Origin: Myxococcota bacterium
Lineage (GTDB): Bacteria; Myxococcota_A; UBA796; SXON01
Direction of reading: 5' to 3'
Length of the DNA stretch: 64,000 bases
Assembly: GCA_040386535.1 (NCBI GenBank)
Contig: JAZKFH010000027.1
Span: 228,064-292,063 of the forward strand
Shown here: positions 8,961 to 21,153 of the stretch, in pieces
How positions within the stretch are numbered: the stretch's first letter is position 1
Layout of the letters: every line of letters begins with the position of its first letter
Made by a program: the position numbers and the translations under genes
Notes under the pieces: generated by a model
Databases searched by the model: none
Told to the model about the DNA's origin: nothing
What the model saw: the letters and a program-made list of their open reading frames with translations, nothing else

Positions 8961-10289
8961 ATGAGCGAGATGGACGCGGTCGCGGCGCTCCGGAGCGCGG
9001 CCAACCCGATCGTGGGCGCGCACGACGACTACGACGGGATCCTGGACGACCTGAAGGACGCGAAGTTCGTCCTCCTCGGCGAGGCCACCCACGGCACCCA
9101 CGAGTTCTACCGGGAGCGCGCCCGGATCACGCGCCGGCTCATCACCCGCCACGGGTTCGTGGGCGTGGCCGCGGAGGCGGACTGGCCGGAGGCGTGGCGG
9201 GTGCACCGCTACGTCAACGCGCGGAGCGCCGAGGCCGACACCATCGATGCGCTGGGGGACTTCGAGCGGTTCCCGGCGTGGATGTGGCGCAACGCGGACG
9301 TGCTCGACTTCGTCGGCTGGCTGCGTGACCACCACGAGCGACACGGCGGCCCCGCGGGCTTCTACGGCCTGGACCTGTACAGTCTGCACCGCTCCGCCAG
9401 CGCGGTCATCGACTACCTCGCGCGGGTGGATCCCGAGGCGGCGCCCCGTGCGCGCGACCTGTACGCCTGCCTCGACCAGGCGGGGGTCGACCCGCAGAAG
9501 TACGGCCTCGGCGCCGTGCTCGGCCTGACCCCCTCCTGCGAGGACGCCGTGGTGCGGATCCTGGAGGAGCTCCGCGCCCGCCGGCCGCTGCTCGTCGACA
9601 AGGGCGGGGCCGAGGCGGAGGAGGAGTTCTTCTACGCGGAGCAGAACGCAAGGCTCGCGCGCGACGCCGAGGCCTACTACCGCGGCATGTTCCGCCGCCG
9701 CGTGAACACCTGGAACCTGCGCGACACGCACATGGTGGAGACGCTGTCCGCCTTGTCGACCCACCTCGAGAAGACGCTCGGCCGGCCCGCGCGGCTCGTC
9801 GTCTGGGCGCACAACTCCCATTGTGGGGACGCTCGCGCCACCGCCGTGTCCCACCACGGCGAGGTGAACATCGGCCAACTCGCGCGCGAGCGGTGGGGCG
9901 ACAAGGTGCGCCTGGTCGGCTTCTCGACGTACTCGGGCACGGTCACGGCGGCGTCGAGCTGGGGCGGGCCCGCCGAGCGCAAGCGGGTGCGGCCGGCGCG
10001 TGGGGACAGTTGGGAGGCGCTGCTGCACAAGGCGGGCAAGCCCCGGTATTGGATCGACACACGGGATCCCCGGGTGAAGCTGGCCCTCGCGGGCGAGCGG
10101 CTCGGGCGCGCCATCGGCGTGCTCTACCTGCCGGAGACCGAGCGCCAGAGCCACTACTACGAGACCCGCCTCGCGAAGCAGTTCGACTACGTGCTCCACT
10201 TCGACCACACCCGCGCGGTCGAGCCGCTCGAGCGCACCACCACGTGGGAGATGGGCGAGCTGCCGGAGACCTTCCCCAGTGGTTTGTGA
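8961..10289 (+). CDS. Erythromycin esterase family protein
   Basis: LLGEATHGTHEFYRERA, EADWP, RFPAWMWRN, FYGLDLYSL, WNLRDTHM, VWAHNSH, RAIGVLY. Confidence 0.9.
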   Translation: MSEMDAVAALRSAANPIVGAHDDYDGILDDLKDAKFVLLGEATHGTHEFYRERARITRRLITRHGFVGVAAEADWPEAWRVHRYVNARSAEADTIDALGDFERFPAWMWRNADVLDFVGWLRDHHERHGGPAGFYGLDLYSLHRSASAVIDYLARVDPEAAPRARDLYACLDQAGVDPQKYGLGAVLGLTPSCEDAVVRILEELRARRPLLVDKGGAEAEEEFFYAEQNARLARDAEAYYRGMFRRRVNTWNLRDTHMVETLSALSTHLEKTLGRPARLVVWAHNSHCGDARATAVSHHGEVNIGQLARERWGDKVRLVGFSTYSGTVTAASSWGGPAERKRVRPARGDSWEALLHKAGKPRYWIDTRDPRVKLALAGERLGRAIGVLYLPETERQSHYYETRLAKQFDYVLHFDHTRAVEPLERTTTWEMGELPETFPSGL

Positions 10290-10343
10290 GCCCGGTTTGT
10301 GAGCCCGGTTTGTGAGCCAGCGGTTCGTGAGCCCGCTTGTGAC
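10281..10343. repeat. 13-bp tandem repeat (ggtttgtgagccc) x3 plus 2 degenerate copies; the first unit contains the esterase stop codon
   Basis: Units at 10281, 10294, 10307; degenerate at 10322 and 10335; TGA at 10287-10289. Confidence 0.9.
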
Positions 10344-10351
10344 GGGGCTGC

Positions 10352-10537
10352 TCAGGCCGTCGGGGCCAGGGACAGCTGTCGGTCGACCTTCCGGAGCAGG
10401 TCCCGCGTGGCCTTGAGCTCCTCGCGGAACGCCATCAGATCCGTCGCGGAGATCTGCTGGCCCAGCTCGCCGATGTAGTTCTGGAGCGCGATGTGGAGGC
10501 GCTCGGCTTCCTCGTCGGTCAGCTCGATACGGATCAT
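10352..10537 (-). CDS. Small helical hypothetical protein (61 aa)
   Basis: Strong GGAGGGAG Shine-Dalgarno; amphipathic sequence IELTDEEAERL...REELKATRDLL. Confidence 0.7.
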   Translation of the reverse strand: MIRIELTDEEAERLHIALQNYIGELGQQISATDLMAFREELKATRDLLRKVDRQLSLAPTA

Positions 10538-10616
10538 GGCTCCCTCCCACCCGCAAACTAAACGCGCGTGTCCCGACCGGGCGGGACGCTTGTCATCGCG
10601 TGTCAGGAGAGGCGTG

Positions 10617-12149
10617 TCAGGGCAGGGCGGTCTCGTCCAGGGCCGAATCCGCGCTGGTGCCGGCCGCCTCGCGCTTCGGATGCCAGATCTTGCCGAAGCG
10701 TACCGGCCAGCCCGTGCGGGTGTTGAACGGCCGCGCCTTCAAGGAGCCCGCCTTCCGGTAGTTCTCCTCCATGCCGTACCCCAGGGCGGGCTTGTCGGGG
10801 ATGATCACCGTGGCCCAGCGCCCCTGTGCCATCGCGCGCTCGACCACCCTGGACTCGCGCTTGAGCACGCCGCGCTCCTTCGCGATGTCCCAGAGGGTGA
10901 TGAGCGCGAGCGAGGGCTCCTTGCCCGCGAGCACCGGGTACCACGGCCCGTGCGGCATCAGCATGGGGCCGGGCAGCGCGCGCAGCTCGTCGACCAGAGC
11001 CTGCGCGTTGTCCGCGTCCCGGTCGGTGGGGACGTACTTCTTCAGGTCTCCGTGCCCGCGCCAGAGCTGCACCGCCACGAGCGCGGTGAACACGTGCGGC
11101 AGCCACGCGCGCCAGCCTGTGTCGCGCGAGAGGGCCCGCTCGGCGAGCACCGCCACGAGCGGCGCGAGCCACAACAGCGGGATGAGCACGTTCAGGAAGC
11201 CGCCCACGTGCCCGCGCATCAGCGACACCATGACCAGCGTCACCCCGATGACACCGGCCCAGTAGCCACCCCCGCGGGTGCGCGCCCACGCCCCGATCGT
11301 CGCGACCCCGACCGTGATGACCCAGGGGAGCGCGCGCCAGACCTCGGCCTGCGCCCCCGTGATCTTCCCGTTGGCGCCCAGGGTGGGCAGCGCGCGGTCG
11401 AAAACGATCCCGTGGCTGCCGGGGACGCCGAGCAGGTAGGTCAGGAACAGCCCGCCGGTGTACACCTGCATCGCGACGGTGAAGGCCAGCGCGGGCCCGG
11501 CGCTCGCGGCCACGAAGACCAGGGCGTCGCGGAGGCCGAGCGTGCGCCAGCGCCACAGCGCGATGGGGAGCCCGAGCATCGCCATGTTGTGTTTGGCCGT
11601 GAACGCCACCGCCAACAGCAGGCCGCTCGTGATGGCGGCCGCGCGGGTCTCGCCGCGCCCGCACACCAAGGCCGCGCCGGTGAACATCAGCGCCATCGAG
11701 TCGATGCGGACCAGATCGTAGAAGGTGCCGCCCTCTTCGTAGCAGCCGAGGAACAATGCCGCGACGCCCACCGCGACCGGCCACCGCGCGCCCTCGCGCC
11801 GCGCTCCAACCGCGAGCAGCGCCATCGCCACGGCCGTGCAGGCGATGGAGACCCCGCGGCCGAGCGTGTACCCGATGGGGAACACCTGGGCGAGCACGCC
11901 GAGCGTCCACGCGTAGAGCGGCGGGTAGATGAACGGGATGTAGTCGGGCCCGGGCGCCGTGTAGAAGGGCAGCCCCTGGGAGGCCCGCAGCCCGCTGATC
12001 AGCGTGGCACCCTCCATCCACTCGAGATCGAAGTTCGCGCCGAGCCGGTGGGCCATCGCCAGCCCCACGGCGTAGACCTGCCAGGCGGCGAGGGCCAGGA
12101 CGAGGACCTCGAGGGCGACGCGGAGGGCGGGCTTCACGGCGGGATGCAC
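10617..12149 (-). CDS. GT-C (ArnT/PMT, GT39/GT83-like) membrane glycosyltransferase
   Basis: Many TM helices; acidic first-loop motif DLEWMEG, YPPLY, RIDSM, AFTAKH. Confidence 0.72.
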   Translation of the reverse strand: MHPAVKPALRVALEVLVLALAAWQVYAVGLAMAHRLGANFDLEWMEGATLISGLRASQGLPFYTAPGPDYIPFIYPPLYAWTLGVLAQVFPIGYTLGRGVSIACTAVAMALLAVGARREGARWPVAVGVAALFLGCYEEGGTFYDLVRIDSMALMFTGAALVCGRGETRAAAITSGLLLAVAFTAKHNMAMLGLPIALWRWRTLGLRDALVFVAASAGPALAFTVAMQVYTGGLFLTYLLGVPGSHGIVFDRALPTLGANGKITGAQAEVWRALPWVITVGVATIGAWARTRGGGYWAGVIGVTLVMVSLMRGHVGGFLNVLIPLLWLAPLVAVLAERALSRDTGWRAWLPHVFTALVAVQLWRGHGDLKKYVPTDRDADNAQALVDELRALPGPMLMPHGPWYPVLAGKEPSLALITLWDIAKERGVLKRESRVVERAMAQGRWATVIIPDKPALGYGMEENYRKAGSLKARPFNTRTGWPVRFGKIWHPKREAAGTSADSALDETALP

Positions 12150-12210
12150 GGCGCGGGGCCTATCGGGGTTGCGTCGCCGGTGCCCCCTCCGCGGCGGAGT
12201 CGTCGGAAGA

Positions 12211-12777
12211 CTACCGAGGCTTCAGCTTCTTGATGTCGTTCACGAGCTCCTTCGCGGTGCGGAACCAGTAGTTGCGGAAGCCGAACCCGGACGCGGCCTC
12301 GCACACGCGCTGCTTCGCCAGGACGTCGCGGGTGCCGGCGTCGAAGTAGACCACCCAGGTGCAGCCGGTCTCCTGGAGCTTGACGTAGCGGTCGACCACG
12401 AGCACGAGCGCGAGCCCCTCCGCGCCCTTCATGTCGTACCCGCGCACGAGCGTCGCGAGCGTGTCCGGCGTGATCTCCGAGTCGGCGACCACGCCGTCTC
12501 CGCCGTCGGTGCGCACGACCTGGGCCTCGGTCACCTTCGCGTTGTTCGCCGCGACGATGTCGATGGCCTGGCTCACGGGGCCGGTGGCCTTCGCGAGGTC
12601 CTCCATCATCTCCTTCGCCCACAGGCGGTTCCACTCGCCCGGGTAGTAGCCGGTGACCTGCGGGACATCGTTGAAGTCCCCCGAGCCCACGAACAGGGCC
12701 TGGGAGTAGTCGATGCCGACGAAGGTGACGGGCGTGGCGCTCTTGGCGCCGAGGAGGAGTGCGAGGAGCAACGTCAT
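12211..12777 (-). CDS. Hypothetical secreted protein
   Basis: Short signal MTLLLALLLGAKSA; TFVGIDYS and GFGFRNYW motifs; normal codon use. Confidence 0.7.
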   Translation of the reverse strand: MTLLLALLLGAKSATPVTFVGIDYSQALFVGSGDFNDVPQVTGYYPGEWNRLWAKEMMEDLAKATGPVSQAIDIVAANNAKVTEAQVVRTDGGDGVVADSEITPDTLATLVRGYDMKGAEGLALVLVVDRYVKLQETGCTWVVYFDAGTRDVLAKQRVCEAASGFGFRNYWFRTAKELVNDIKKLKPR

Positions 12778-12857
12778 GCGCCGCCGGTAACCCGACCGGG
12801 GTGCTGTAAGGCCCGCGCGCCCCCCGGCGTTCCGGCCACGACCCTCTCGGAGCCGCC

Positions 12858-14099
12858 ATGATCCTCGCCCTGCTCGCCCCCGCCTTCGCGTATTCCAGCG
12901 TCCAGACGCAATTCAACTCCGCGATCGCCCAGGTGGAGCAGATGGTGTCGGACGGCAACGTCACCTCCATCGCCGGCCGCCACGGGCTCGACGTGGTGAA
13001 CGTCACGTGGGAGGACACCGGGCGGAACAAGGGCTCCGCGGTGGGCCCGAACATCTCCGACATGACGATTGGTGTGCGCGATGCGTACGGCCAGCTCCAC
13101 CCGATGCCGGTCCTCCGCTTCGACAACTTCACCGACACCACCGCCGACATCCGCTCCGACAGCTTCTGGCTCCGCGTCGGCAACGAGCGCGGCGGGCCGC
13201 TGCGTTCGGTCTCGCTCGCCGAGGTGCTCCAGGACACGCGGAGCTTCCTCTCCGACCCGTGGAGCTGGTCCGGCCGCGCCCGCTCGCTGTGGAGCAGCCG
13301 CGACGAGCACGTGCTCGTGAGCGCCCAGGCGTGTTTCCTCCCCGTCCCCCGGAGCGGCGAGGCCACGTTCACCCCGGTGCTCTTCAACTACCAGTCGTAC
13401 CCCGACAACCCCGCGGTGCTCACGATGGTCGCCACCCGCGAGGGCACGAGCATCCAGGTCATCGAGAACGAGGGCGGCTACCTCTCCGAGACCCTCTCGT
13501 TCAACCAGAACGGCGAGCGCGCCCCCTTCACCGCCACGCGCCTCTCCGACTTCCGCGCCGAGGGCGGCGACGGCACCTGGGGCTCCGTGAGCGCGGGCAG
13601 CGAGGACGGGCTCAACATGGTCCTGCTCGTGCAGGTTCCGCTCAAGCAGAAGCCGCGCCCGGCCCCGATGTACGACGACTACGACGGCGCGATGGACGAG
13701 ATGTCCTCCGGGGCCCCCGCCGCCAAGAGCAGCCGCTCGCGCGACAGCGACGTGGAGGCCGCGGTCATCGGCCACGGGCCCACGGAGGGCCCCTACAAGG
13801 AGCTCGACGGCCTGGCGATCGAGCGCGACACGCGCTTCCCCGTCCGCGTGACCGTGCAGTTCTACAAGGCGACGAGCAACGGCGTGGTCACCGAGGCCGA
13901 CATCCGCGAGGTGCGCCGCCAGATCGACCGCGTGTACAGTGACGCCTCCTACGTCGGGAGCCTGGTGACGCAGGGCTACACCGGCCGCCCGACCGAGTGG
14001 GGCCCCACGTACCAGCCGCCGCGCCCGCGCCCCCAGCCGCAGCCGAGCGAGGACGCGCAGTGGGCGGATCCGTTCTGGAGCTGGCACAAGGCGCAGTAG
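12858..14099 (+). CDS. Conserved secreted hypothetical protein (WEDTGR...GPNISDMT family)
   Basis: Signal MILALLAPAFA; conserved-looking blocks VTWEDTGRNKGSAVGPNISDMT, SAQACFLP, LFNYQS, FPVRVTVQFYKATSNG. Confidence 0.8.
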   Translation: MILALLAPAFAYSSVQTQFNSAIAQVEQMVSDGNVTSIAGRHGLDVVNVTWEDTGRNKGSAVGPNISDMTIGVRDAYGQLHPMPVLRFDNFTDTTADIRSDSFWLRVGNERGGPLRSVSLAEVLQDTRSFLSDPWSWSGRARSLWSSRDEHVLVSAQACFLPVPRSGEATFTPVLFNYQSYPDNPAVLTMVATREGTSIQVIENEGGYLSETLSFNQNGERAPFTATRLSDFRAEGGDGTWGSVSAGSEDGLNMVLLVQVPLKQKPRPAPMYDDYDGAMDEMSSGAPAAKSSRSRDSDVEAAVIGHGPTEGPYKELDGLAIERDTRFPVRVTVQFYKATSNGVVTEADIREVRRQIDRVYSDASYVGSLVTQGYTGRPTEWGPTYQPPRPRPQPQPSEDAQWADPFWSWHKAQ

Positions 14100-14198
14100 C
14101 AGGAAACGCGATCGGTCCGCCTTTCACGCGCTCTTCGGCGAGGTCGTGTATACTCCGGCTGCGAACGGTCGCCGAACGACCGCGCGCACGGGGTCCAC

Positions 14199-15755
14199 AT
14201 GCTGCTGCTCGCCCTCATCCCCGTCGCCGTTCCGGCCGACATGAGCTGGCAGTGCCCCGAGGAGGGGACCTCCCCGCGGGAGCTCGAGCCCTGGTTGGGG
14301 GCGAGCGGCCGCGTCGCCGGGTGGGTGTATGCGCTCGCCGCGTCGTTCTACGACGAGGACTGCGTCGCCTGCGGCGAGGACACCGGGTTGCCGTCGGGCG
14401 ATGTGTTCGAGTGGTGCGCCGCCACGGAGTGTGTGACGGCCGAGGGCGCGATCCTCACCTACCGCTACGTGAACTCTGCGGATGGCGACGAGTGGTCGGT
14501 CGGAGGAACCCGGGAGTACAGCAGCTACACGGTCGTTCCGCCTCCGGACGCAGGGTACGGGTGGACCGAGCTTTCGACCTACTCCTCTAGCGGGACCTCT
14601 TCGTACCCCTACAAGGAGGAGTACGGAACCGACGTGGAACAGTCGGCGTCCTGGGCGGGGGACATCGGCTCGTCGTGGCCGGCGGACGGCGCGATCTCCG
14701 GGCTCACCTCGACCGGACGCGCCGAGTACGCCGACTACTCCACCGGCGAATGGACCGATCCTACGTGTTCGTGGTCGTGGCAGATCGACAACTACAATGG
14801 CTACGCATCCGTTTCCGCCGGCGGGAGCTACGGGTCGGTCCAGTTCGCGATCGTGTGCGATGAGGGTGGCTTGTGGATGGAAGGCTACGGAAAGGTGATG
14901 AGCCTGACCGACTGGACGCTCGTCGGCACGGACGCGGACGGGGACGCGTGGAACACGGCCTACGACTGCGACGACGCGGATCCGACGGTCTACCCGTGCG
15001 CGCCCGAAACCGCGTGCGACGGGAGGGACCACGACTGTGACGGCTTCATCGAGTGTGATGCCGATGGGGACGGACACACGCCCATCGACGAGTCCGGTGA
15101 CGATTGCGACGACGCCGACCCGACCGTATTTCTGGGCGCATCCGAGGTCCGCTGCGACGGGATCGACCAGGACTGCAACGGGTACGACCAATGCGACGCC
15201 GACGGCGATCGTTACTACGCCGGAACCACCTACAGACCCGATTGCGACGACACCGATCCGACCGTTCATCCAGAGGCGGACGAGGTCTTGTGTGACGGGG
15301 TGGACCAGGACTGCGACGGCAGCGACAAGTGCGACATGGACGGCGATGGCTACTACGTGGACGGCTACTATGCCGATTGTGACGACACCGACCCCACCGT
15401 GAGCCCGCGCGGGACCGAGGTCGAGTGCGACACGATCGACCAGGACTGCGACGGCGGCGACCTGTGCGACGCGGACGGAGACGGGAGCTACGCGCGGCCC
15501 TCCGGCGACGATTGCGACGACACCGATGCCACCGTGCATCCCGGCGCGCCCGAGATCGAGTGTGACGGGATCGCCCAGGACTGCCGCGGGTACGACTCCT
15601 GCCCGCCGGCTGATGAGGACTCGGCGGCGTCGCCCCCCGAGCCCCATGACCCCCCGCTCGCCGACCCGCGCGGGTGCGGCGGCTCGGCGGCCATGGGGGT
15701 GCTCTTGCTCTCGGGCTGGCGACGGCGGACGCGGCGGATCATGACGTCGGCGTGA
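14199..15755 (+). CDS. Surface protein with unique N-terminal domain, MopE-like repeats and MYXO-CTERM-like tail
   Basis: About 5-6 DCDDxDPTVxPxAxExxCDGxDxDCDG units; C-terminus RGCGGSAAMGVLLLSGWRRRTRR. Confidence 0.8.
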   Translation: MLLLALIPVAVPADMSWQCPEEGTSPRELEPWLGASGRVAGWVYALAASFYDEDCVACGEDTGLPSGDVFEWCAATECVTAEGAILTYRYVNSADGDEWSVGGTREYSSYTVVPPPDAGYGWTELSTYSSSGTSSYPYKEEYGTDVEQSASWAGDIGSSWPADGAISGLTSTGRAEYADYSTGEWTDPTCSWSWQIDNYNGYASVSAGGSYGSVQFAIVCDEGGLWMEGYGKVMSLTDWTLVGTDADGDAWNTAYDCDDADPTVYPCAPETACDGRDHDCDGFIECDADGDGHTPIDESGDDCDDADPTVFLGASEVRCDGIDQDCNGYDQCDADGDRYYAGTTYRPDCDDTDPTVHPEADEVLCDGVDQDCDGSDKCDMDGDGYYVDGYYADCDDTDPTVSPRGTEVECDTIDQDCDGGDLCDADGDGSYARPSGDDCDDTDATVHPGAPEIECDGIAQDCRGYDSCPPADEDSAASPPEPHDPPLADPRGCGGSAAMGVLLLSGWRRRTRRIMTSA

Positions 15756-15912
15756 GGCGTGAGGCGGGGGCCTCGTCAACAGCGCAGCTCCTCGCCTCGT
15801 CGCCCGCAACCGCCGCACCCGAGCATCTGCCCGCCGACGCCGACGGACCAGGGCCCGAGATGGCGCCGGCCCCGCTCCCGCCCGCTTGAGCTACACGCCG
15901 GGGGGCCACGCC

Positions 15913-17868
<1,956 letters not shown>

Positions 17869-18111
17869 GTCGAGCTCGTGGTGCCCGATCCCCTACACAA
17901 CCTGGGGCGCCGGGCGGCGTTGTCAGTTGTGGTCGTCTGCTGAGGGGTGTCGAGGAGTGTCACCGGCCGCCCCGACACGGGCGCGGTGGACGCGCACCGC
18001 GCGAGCCGCTCCCACGCCGCACCGCCTCCACGTCGCCGCGGCGGCCGCGTCCGCGCGGTCCGTCCGCCCCATCGAGGATGCGCTCCCCGCCCCACCGAGT
18101 CACATTGTCCC

Positions 18112-18954
18112 ATGCCGGTGGCCGCCGATCTCGCCGCCCTGCTCCGCGACCGCCGGGTGGTCGCGCTCACCGGGGCCGGGTGCAGCACCGAGTCCGGGAT
18201 CCCCGACTACCGCGGGCCCGGCACACGCGCGCGGGCGCGCAACCCCGTGCAGTATCGCGCGTTTATCGGCGAGGCCGAAGCGCGGCAGCGCTACTGGGCG
18301 CGCAGCATGATCGGGTGGCCCCGGTTCAGCGCGGCCGAGCCCAACGGCGGGCATCGGGCCCTCGCGGCGCTGGAGCGGATGGGGATCCTGCGCGGGCTCA
18401 TCACCCAGAACGTCGACCGGCTGCACCACGTGGCGGGCAACACCGACGTCATCGAGCTGCACGGTGCGCTCGCCGAGGTGGTGTGCCTCGGGTGCGGCAC
18501 GCTGGAGGATCGCGCCTCGCTCCAGGCGCGCCTCGCCCTGCTCAACCCGCGGTGGGAGGCGGACGTGGAGCTCGCCCCGGACGGCGACGCCGAGCTGGTC
18601 GCGGTCGAGGGCTTCCGGGTCGCCGACTGCCTCGCCTGTGGCGGCGTGCTCAAGCCGCGCGTGGTGTTCTTCGGCGAGAACGTGCCCCGGCCCACGGTCG
18701 ATGCCGCGTTCGCCCACGTGGACGCCGCGGAGGCGCTCCTGGTCGTCGGCACGTCGCTCACGGTCTATTCGGGACTGCGCTTCGTGCGCCGCGCCGCCGA
18801 GCGCGGGATCCCCGTCGCCATCTGCAACCTGGGGCCGACGCGCGGCGATCCGCTCGCGACGATGCGGGTGGACGCGCCGCTCGGCGAGGTGCTGCCGGGG
18901 CTGGTGGAGGCCCTGGGCGCCGCCGGTCAGGGCTTGCGGGCCACCGCGAGGTAG
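18112..18954 (+). CDS. NAD-dependent protein deacylase, class II (SIRT4-like) sirtuin
   Basis: [38 protein letters not shown], CxxC pairs, [18 protein letters not shown]. Confidence 0.92.
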   Translation: MPVAADLAALLRDRRVVALTGAGCSTESGIPDYRGPGTRARARNPVQYRAFIGEAEARQRYWARSMIGWPRFSAAEPNGGHRALAALERMGILRGLITQNVDRLHHVAGNTDVIELHGALAEVVCLGCGTLEDRASLQARLALLNPRWEADVELAPDGDAELVAVEGFRVADCLACGGVLKPRVVFFGENVPRPTVDAAFAHVDAAEALLVVGTSLTVYSGLRFVRRAAERGIPVAICNLGPTRGDPLATMRVDAPLGEVLPGLVEALGAAGQGLRATAR

Positions 18955-19526
18955 GGCCGCCCGCCGTGCACATGGGGCGAGCCGTCGAGCCATCGCCGCT
19001 CGACCGTGGCGCCGAGGCCCTCGAGCACCTCCCAGGGGCGGCGATACAGGTCGGCCTGCGCGATCAGCTTGATCCAGGATGAAGCGGGGACCCAACGCTC
19101 GGCGTACACGTCGAAGATCACGAAGCGACCGCCCGGCGCGAGCAGGGACCAGGTCGCGGCGAGCACGGCCTCGAAGTCCGGGATCACGGAGAGGCCGAGG
19201 GTGCTCACGATCGCGTCGATGGGGCCGATGTCCGCGGGGGTGAGCGTGCGGGCGTCCCGCTGAAGGAGCGTGACCTGGGGCAGCTCGGCCACCCGCGTGC
19301 CGGCCCGCGCGAGCATGCCCGCGGAGAAGTCGACCCCGAGCACCGAGCCGGTGGGCCCGACCGCGGCGGCGAGCAGCGGGAGGTTCGGGCCGGTACCGCA
19401 CGCGAGGTCGAGCGCGCGTTGGCCGGGCGCGAGCCCCATCGCATTGATGACGCCGGCGCGGTAGTCCCGGTAGAAGCGCTCGACGCTACCGTCGTAGAAC
19501 GTCGCGAACGTGTCGTACCAGGACAT
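18927..19526 (-). CDS. Class I SAM-dependent methyltransferase
   Basis: [18 protein letters not shown]; 3' end overlaps the sirtuin by 28 bp. Confidence 0.88.
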   Translation of the reverse strand: MSWYDTFATFYDGSVERFYRDYRAGVINAMGLAPGQRALDLACGTGPNLPLLAAAVGPTGSVLGVDFSAGMLARAGTRVAELPQVTLLQRDARTLTPADIGPIDAIVSTLGLSVIPDFEAVLAATWSLLAPGGRFVIFDVYAERWVPASSWIKLIAQADLYRRPWEVLEGLGATVERRWLDGSPHVHGGRPYLAVARKP

Positions 19527-19545
19527 GCGGCCTCCGCAGGGCGCT

Positions 19546-20331
19546 CTACCGTGACTCGCAGTCCAGCGTGAGCTTGAAGTTGGTCTCGGCCTCGTCGGGG
19601 CTGTCGACGTAGACCAGGAAACGGTCGCCCTCGAACCCGGTGAAGGTCACGATGTCGTCCCCCTCGTCGGTGCCCGCCTCGCACTCGATCACGCTGTTGG
19701 ACGAGGTGGGGCAGGTGTCCTCGGGCCAGTCCACGACGAACAGGTCGACGTCCTCGCACGGCGCGTTCAGGGTCGCGGTGACCGCCGTGGTCTCGTCGAA
19801 CGAGATCTCGTAGACGCGGTCGGTGCCCTCGTAGTCCTCGGGGAACGGGGTGCAGTACCAGGCGAGGTAGCTGTCGTGGTGCCCGGCGTGCCCGCCGCCC
19901 GCCGTGGTCGCCTCGAGGGTCTCGCCGCACGTGAGCGTGCTGGTGACACAGTCCGGGCCCCCGGGCGACGCGCTGTCGAGCACCTCGTCGCAGAAGCCGG
20001 GGTCGGTGGTATCCGTATCGGTGTCGGCGTCCGTATCCGCATCGGTGTCGGCGTCCGTGTCCGCATCGGTGTCGGCGTCCGTGTCCGCGTCGGTGTCCGA
20101 GTCCGTGTCGGTGTCCGAATCCGCGTCGGTGTCGGAGTCGGTGTCCGTGTCGGTGTCGCCGTCCGTGTCGGTATCGGTGTCCGTGTCGGTGTCCGCGTCG
20201 CCCTCGGTGTCGGCGACACACTCGCCGCCTTCCTCGTGGGTGCCCGACCCGCACGCGAGGGTGTCGTCGTCATCGGACTTGCCGCCGGAGCAGCCGGCGA
20301 GGAGGGCGAGGAGCAGGAGGGGAGCGCGCAT
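19546..20331 (-). CDS. DT-repeat lipoprotein with Cys-containing C-terminal beta domain (PPC-like)
   Basis: LALLAGC lipobox; DTDADT repeats at about 20010-20212; DRVYEI, DVDLFV, FLVYVDS. Confidence 0.78.
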   Translation of the reverse strand: MRAPLLLLALLAGCSGGKSDDDDTLACGSGTHEEGGECVADTEGDADTDTDTDTDTDGDTDTDTDSDTDADSDTDTDSDTDADTDADTDADTDADTDADTDADTDTDTTDPGFCDEVLDSASPGGPDCVTSTLTCGETLEATTAGGGHAGHHDSYLAWYCTPFPEDYEGTDRVYEISFDETTAVTATLNAPCEDVDLFVVDWPEDTCPTSSNSVIECEAGTDEGDDIVTFTGFEGDRFLVYVDSPDEAETNFKLTLDCESR

Positions 20332-20361
20332 CGGACGTCCGGGGAGGCACGCCAGTATAGA

Positions 20362-21150
20362 TCAGGCCTCCCGTTCGGGCGTGCCCTCCGCGTAGACGGT
20401 CCACCGCTCCGGGCGAAGCCAGCCGATGAGCGTCATGCCGGCGGCGCGGGCCACGTCGACCGCGAGTGAGGTGGGCGCGCCGAGCGTGACGACGAGGGGG
20501 ACCCGCGCCACGAGCGCCTTCTGGACGATCTCGAACCCGGCGCGGCTCGACACGAGCAGGCCGAGGCCGGCGAAGTCGAGGGCGTCCGCGCGCAGCCGCG
20601 CGCCGAGCACCTTGTCGACAGCGTTGTGGCGGCCCACGTCCTCACGCAGGTTGAACAAGGCGCCGCTCGCGTCGAACAGGGCGGCGCCGTGGAGCCCCCC
20701 GGTGGAGCGGAACGCGCCCTGGCCGGCGCGCAAGGCGTCGGGGAGCCCGGCGAGGACGGCGGGGGAGGGCATCCAGCCGACGACGCCGTCGAACCGGGTG
20801 CGGAGGCGGTCGATGGAGGCCTTGCCGCAGATGCCGCACGAGCTGTTGGCGTAGAGGGCGCGGTCCGCCGAGCGGGCCCGGGCCGCGGGGACACCCTCGG
20901 CGAGGCGCACGTCGACGGTGTTCTCGCCTACGATCGCGAGCGCGCGCAGATCGTCGGGCCCGTCCACCACGCCCTCGGTGAACAGGAAGCCGGCGGCGAG
21001 GTCGAGATCGTCGCCGGGGGTGCGCATCGTGATGGCGGCGGGGATGCCCTCGACGCGGAGCTCCAGGGGCTCTTCGACCGCGATGGCGTCGAGGTCTTCA
21101 AGTGATTCGCCGCCTACGAAGCGACGGACGACGATCTCCCGGCTTCTCAC
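20362..21150 (-). CDS. fdhD: Formate dehydrogenase accessory sulfurtransferase FdhD
   Basis: EEPLELRV, TMRTPGDD, GFLFTEG, SSCGICG, TGGLHGAA, REDVGRHNAVDK, PTSLAV. Confidence 0.93.
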   Translation of the reverse strand: MRSREIVVRRFVGGESLEDLDAIAVEEPLELRVEGIPAAITMRTPGDDLDLAAGFLFTEGVVDGPDDLRALAIVGENTVDVRLAEGVPAARARSADRALYANSSCGICGKASIDRLRTRFDGVVGWMPSPAVLAGLPDALRAGQGAFRSTGGLHGAALFDASGALFNLREDVGRHNAVDKVLGARLRADALDFAGLGLLVSSRAGFEIVQKALVARVPLVVTLGAPTSLAVDVARAAGMTLIGWLRPERWTVYAEGTPEREA

Positions 21151-21153
21151 CTG

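Noticed and set aside
8961..10289. Bona fide macrolide resistance gene (ereA/ereB)
   Set aside because: Motifs fit the broad chromosomal erythromycin-esterase-like family; activity cannot be inferred from sequence
10558..10574. Second LexA-like box (CTAAACGCGCGTGTCCC)
   Set aside because: The right half lacks GTTC (4 mismatches) and there is no repair gene nearby
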